Source of the DNA: Antedon mediterranea
Lineage: Eukaryota; Animalia; Echinodermata
Length of the DNA stretch: 64,000 nucleotides
NCBI RefSeq assembly: GCF_964355755.1
Contig: NC_092674.1
Coordinates: forward strand, 496,001 to 560,000
Reading direction: 5' to 3'
Shown here: positions 59,501 to 64,000 of the stretch, in pieces
How positions within the stretch are numbered: the first letter of the stretch is position 1
How the letters are laid out: the number at the start of each line of letters is the position of its first letter
Position numbers and translations under genes: made by a program
Notes under the pieces: model-generated
Database searches by the model: none
Told to the model about the DNA's origin: nothing
Seen by the model: only the letters and a program-made list of their open reading frames with translations

Positions 59501-62500
59501 TTGCGTCGTTTATTAATGTTTTCTTCATGTTCTACAACAGCTTTTTGAAACTTAATAAGCATTTCAATAAGTCGCCTTTTCTTAAATCGTCCAGCTTCTT
59601 TAATTATGTTATTAATAAATAAGTATTTGGTATCTAGGTCTCCTTGAATATTATTCAACCCATCAAATATTTTGCTATAATCTGCGAAAAAAAGAAGAAA
59701 ACTTGGTTATCTTAGCATGTACTAAATGACATTTCTTACAAAAAGTCTTATTAAGTGGTGGCTTCACTCATATGGTTCATCTTCAGTTTATAAGTAATAA
59801 AATAATAATTTTCCTTATAACTGGAATAATCGTTTACAATGATTTAATAGATGAATATTGTTTAAAAAACACCTACCTCGTCCTGGTTTCCGAATTTCTT
59901 TGATTATTGCAAGTTTTATTGTTTTATTCATTTCATTAATGGCCGCCCGATTAATGGAAGCTTTTGGTTCCCTGTTCATTGGCTTCTTGTCAACATTATT
60001 AATCGGTTTTTGCTGTGAAGCGTTATTGATACCTGGTTCTGTATGAAGTTCAGTGTAGTCGAAAATTGTTGTCAACTCATTTTCTAGTGCATCAATTGAA
60101 TTGTTAGAGACTGCCGGACGAGGTTCAGGTTTTATAATTACTATGTCGGTGTTTTCATCTGTGGGTGGCGGCTTGCCTGAAAACAACCAAAGATTATAGT
60201 AGATATTCAATTCAATTAAACTTTATTATCCCAAACTCCGGGAAAATTCATTTGTTTGTGGTACAAAGATTCATAAATACGTTAAAAAAGCACACTAAAA
60301 AATGATAAAATACACAGAGAGAAACAAATAGTACCATTTCTCTGAGTGCAAAACATATTTCTTCAACTTTATGCAAAATAATACATTGTTTTTAGAAATA
60401 AGCTGAATTAAAGGATTACCTTGACTATTTTGGTCAATTGGAGGTTTTTTCTCGCGTCTTTGTATTAATTCTAAGTACGGTTTCCTTAATATTCCACCTT
60501 GAACATTGCCTATCATGGCTGGTGAGTTTGGTCGACGACTCGGTGGAGAAGGTGTGGATGGACGCAACCGTTTGGCTGCTGGTGATGGTGGTGGAGTGTC
60601 AAGCGATCTCTTGTTTCTTTGCTGCGGTGCTGTCAACGTATCGTTAAGATCAGCTTCATCCACCATCATTTTCTAGGGGGAAAAAAAGAAGCATCTTAAA
60701 TATGTTTGCAAGATTGTGTGCAACTTTTTTAATTGGGATATTTAATGAGGTTACATTTAAGAACACTACAATGGCAATACATGTATATGTAGAAAGTACT
60801 GTAATGTATTATCATTACCTTATCCTTTTCCGACGCTAATTTGAATGGATTTCCAAACATATGAAGACGTGCTGGTGGTGGATCAGCTTCTCTCAGAGCT
60901 GTTGGCATCTTCTTTAAGTAGTCTTGATAGTTGCCCATTTCTGCTATGGGTATGTCATGTAGAATATCTAGACAGTGAAAAGATGATTTGAAAATTATAC
61001 ATCAAAAAAAGCTTACAAATTTTAAAATTATCCAACAATATTACAATTGAATATATCAATGTTTTACTAGTTATTTTGAAATATCAAAAGAAAGTTTAGC
61101 TATCTTAGAAGTTAGCACATTAGAGACTTGGTAGAAATATATATTTTACCACTATCTGTGTTTTTGACGCCAGTAGAAGCAACCCGCGTGAGGTTCTTCC
61201 GCATCCTTTGTAATTGTTCCACTAGATCTTTCCGTGGAATATCAAACGGATTGTGATACACTTGCTGTCGGACCGGTTTGTGTATGGGAGCAGCTACAGA
61301 ATAATTAGGGAATAAAGATATGTTGTTGTCAGGTCTTGAGGTCACCGTTTCACCCGTTATACTTTGTAGAAGTTGCTGGAAATCCTTCCGTACAGCTAGC
61401 GAAGGCATCTGAGATCTGAAAATAAAAAAAGAATGTTATAATTTGGAACTTGATTGGCATCTACCTACTACAGTAATTTATACAACATTTAAATATTGGT
61501 GTGCATTAAAATTGTGCAAACCCTGTGAGGTGTTACTATTTCAGTAAAATTAAGTAAATAAAACGGTTACCTTTGTAATACTTTGATACTGATATCTCTA
61601 TGTGATCTCTTTTTTGGTATAAGTGAGGACATTCTCTCTGCCTCAATTTTCGATTGTTGTTTTAACTTCTTTAAGTAGTTTACCACACTGTAACTCAGGC
61701 AATTCTCAACATTTTCTTGAATCAAATTAGGTGAGCCCATCCTTCTTAATGCCGTTCTTAAAGGCTACATAAAATATTGTATTCAAAAATACTACCACAT
61801 TTTCTTTTTACACAATTGGTAAACAATATGTAGTGGATACTGTGTACACAAGACGTATTATGGTTTACTACAACTGCTATAGAATATGGAGGAATCTTCT
61901 ATGAATAAAACACAGTAAGTATAAGCATTTGTCTCAAAGATGCTAATTTATAAATTAACATACAGTGGGAACCCATTACTGTAGCTTACAGAGGGTACCA
62001 ATTTAACACACACTTACAGGTTACCTATTTTAGATTCTGTTGTGAAATAAAAGTTTATTGAAAAAATATATATTATATATATATATAAATATATATAAAA
62101 ATCCATATAAAAATAGTTGTTTTGAACAAAACTAGCACAATTACAAACAATTAAAATATATTATGACAATGTGTAATAAAGATGAGATTTGCAATGGAAA
62201 AAGTCAATACAATGGTAAGACTCGAAAAAAACAACAATTTTTACAAAAACTTCATAAAAAACATTCATAAACAAAGTTCCTGATGATAGAAAACAAAAGG
62301 TTTATCCAAACTTAAATAAGCTTCTCTACTGAAAGTGATAACAAAATTAAACATACCCCTAAATAATAACTGGGAACATCACGTAAGTATTGCTCAAAAC
62401 TCGTTCTCCATTTTATTGTAGGTTTTAGTTTGTGCACTTTAATGAGGTCATCTGTTAAACAAAACAAGAAAACTTGTATAAATAATGTATTAGTGGTTTA

Positions 62501-63704
62501 TTTTTGATGAATTTACATCTTAAACCTTGTCTAGACTATCTAACCAGTTTGACAAAAGAAGTGTGATGTGCCCACATATGGGGTAGTGACATCATGCCCA
62601 TTATATGGGCAAATCACATATTTTGTTGTGTTTTAGTTTGACAGGAAAGTTGAAAATAATTCAAATTCAGATTTATTTGTCCTTTTGAATTATTACTCCA
62701 TGGTTTGATAGTGTAGTCAGAGCTTAAGCAACATATTAAGATTGTATCTTACCAAGTAGAGGGAGTGCGACAGGATAATTGTAAGGCATAATAAACAGGT
62801 TTACATGAGCTAAGTTAGTACTTGCTTTCAGATATCCAAACGGATGACCTAGGTCACTGTTTTTTCCACTGCTGGATATAAATACCTAGAAAAAAAAATC
62901 TTTTGTTATACATGACAATGACAATGTCTTTATTTTCTTTGTACATATTCGTATACATTTAATTCTTTTGGTTTGGTTTACTATTCCTCCATGAACAATT
63001 ATTTCTAAAAACAACCACCAAAATTAAAATACTGGTCTACAATGTCATAACTTAATTTTTTTAACCCAGTTTAAAGCAAGAATTAACTGAAACTGAATTC
63101 CAAAAACATATTACCTGCCAACAAATATTGTGATTTCTACGTTCTAATATGTTCTGGGTCAAAGGTGAAGGTTCAAGCTCATATTTATCAAATGGTACAT
63201 TGTCAACAACCATTGGGTCACAACTTGCACATGAGAACTTCACTGCAGGATGTGAATCCCTAGGTGGCTGGAAAAACAATTATTACAAATATTACAATTT
63301 TATAAATAAACAACTCGAGAGAAGTGTGAATGGCTGCATAAAAATGCAACAACTTGCTTATAATATTCAGTTTAAAATACTACATATTAAACTTTAAAGT
63401 TGCTTTTTTTAATGACTCATTAAACGTAATTACTTTTTCAGTGCTTGCAAACATTTCTAAAGCTATGAGTTATTGAATGTCTTGAAACTTACAAGCATTG
63501 GTGAGTTGATGTCTGGCCAAAATGATTCAGGAACTGGCCAATGACCAGATGGAAATCCAGTCTTAGGATTTGGCCGAACGTAAATCATACGATGACAGTT
63601 GTGCCAGGAACTATCTGGAATCGGTGATGGGACGCCTAAACGAGTGTTTCCGGGCGGAGTTTTGATATTTAAAGATGCTATCTCACTGCTTCCATCTTCT
63701 TCAC
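59455..63704 (-). CDS. INTS6: Integrator complex subunit 6, last ten exons (5' part lies beyond the window)
   Basis: Exons 63704(or 63707)-63493, 63267-63115, 62885-62753, 62451-62357, 61764-61571, 61415-61150, 60967-60819, 60672-60420, 60176-59877, 59681-59455 join in frame. Motifs GHWPVPESFWPD, FDKYELEPSPLTQ, HPFGYLKAS, MPYNYP, NPFDIPR, MGNYQDYLK, HMFGNPFK, KEIRKPGRDY..KEAGRFKK. Confidence 0.94.
62521..62727. mobile_element. MITE family A copy in an INTS6 intron
   Basis: TAAACCTTGTCTAGACTATC...TTTGATAGTGTAGTCAGAGCTTA. Confidence 0.65.
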
Positions 63705-64000
63705 CTGCTTCAAGGAAAATTATTTTAGTTATATCAAAATCATATTTCTTCATGTTTTATGAACTTGTAGATATTTAAAATTCATAAATAATTTTTGTTT
63801 TAAAAAAAAGCGAGGGTGTGATTTCAATTTAAAGTCTTAAGTGATGCTTATGTCATTAGAGGCAAGTTAGACACTAACAATTACCATGTGTTATCAATGT
63901 CATTTCAAATCAAATAACTCAACTAACAGCCATGAAAATTAGATGAAAAAGGAAGGAAACTATTATATCAGGGTTACAAACGGATTAATGCATTGTCGAT

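Noticed and set aside
58232-59548. Long plus-strand Leu/Tyr-rich ORFs (up to 315 aa)
   Set aside because: The 68-bp repeat cycles through frames and lies antisense to the INTS6 3' UTR.

Overview
AT-rich, intron-containing animal DNA, probably an invertebrate deuterostome such as an echinoderm (inferred from gene content and a Deu/Nin-type SINE core; not proven). It is not prokaryotic and has no CRISPR array, rRNA gene or intact tRNA gene. Genes assembled by hand from splice signals and reading frame: a MOLO-1/TPM-like single-pass membrane protein (+), NUFIP1 (-) head-to-head with BAP18/C17orf49 (+), PBK/TOPK kinase (-), six tandem intronless class A GPCRs (-), a type II TNF-superfamily ligand (+), and the 3' ten exons of INTS6 (-). 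There are seven minisatellites and many non-autonomous elements (MITEs, SINE and LINE relics). Most notable observations: (1) tiny CA...TG palindromes of 25-38 bp, two flanked by 7-bp duplications, that fit P-element-superfamily excision footprints; (2) a 2.3-kb Academ-like foldback carrying a nested Harbinger MITE, inserted 4 nt into a PBK intron, and an unrelated MITE at the same +4 position of a NUFIP1 intron; (3) a diversifying chemoreceptor-like GPCR array with a DRS motif, one R3.50C copy and shuffled upstream modules; (4) a TNF ligand whose neighbours match the vertebrate TRAIL/RANKL/CD40L/TWEAK paralogon. All coordinates were read by eye and no database searches were run.
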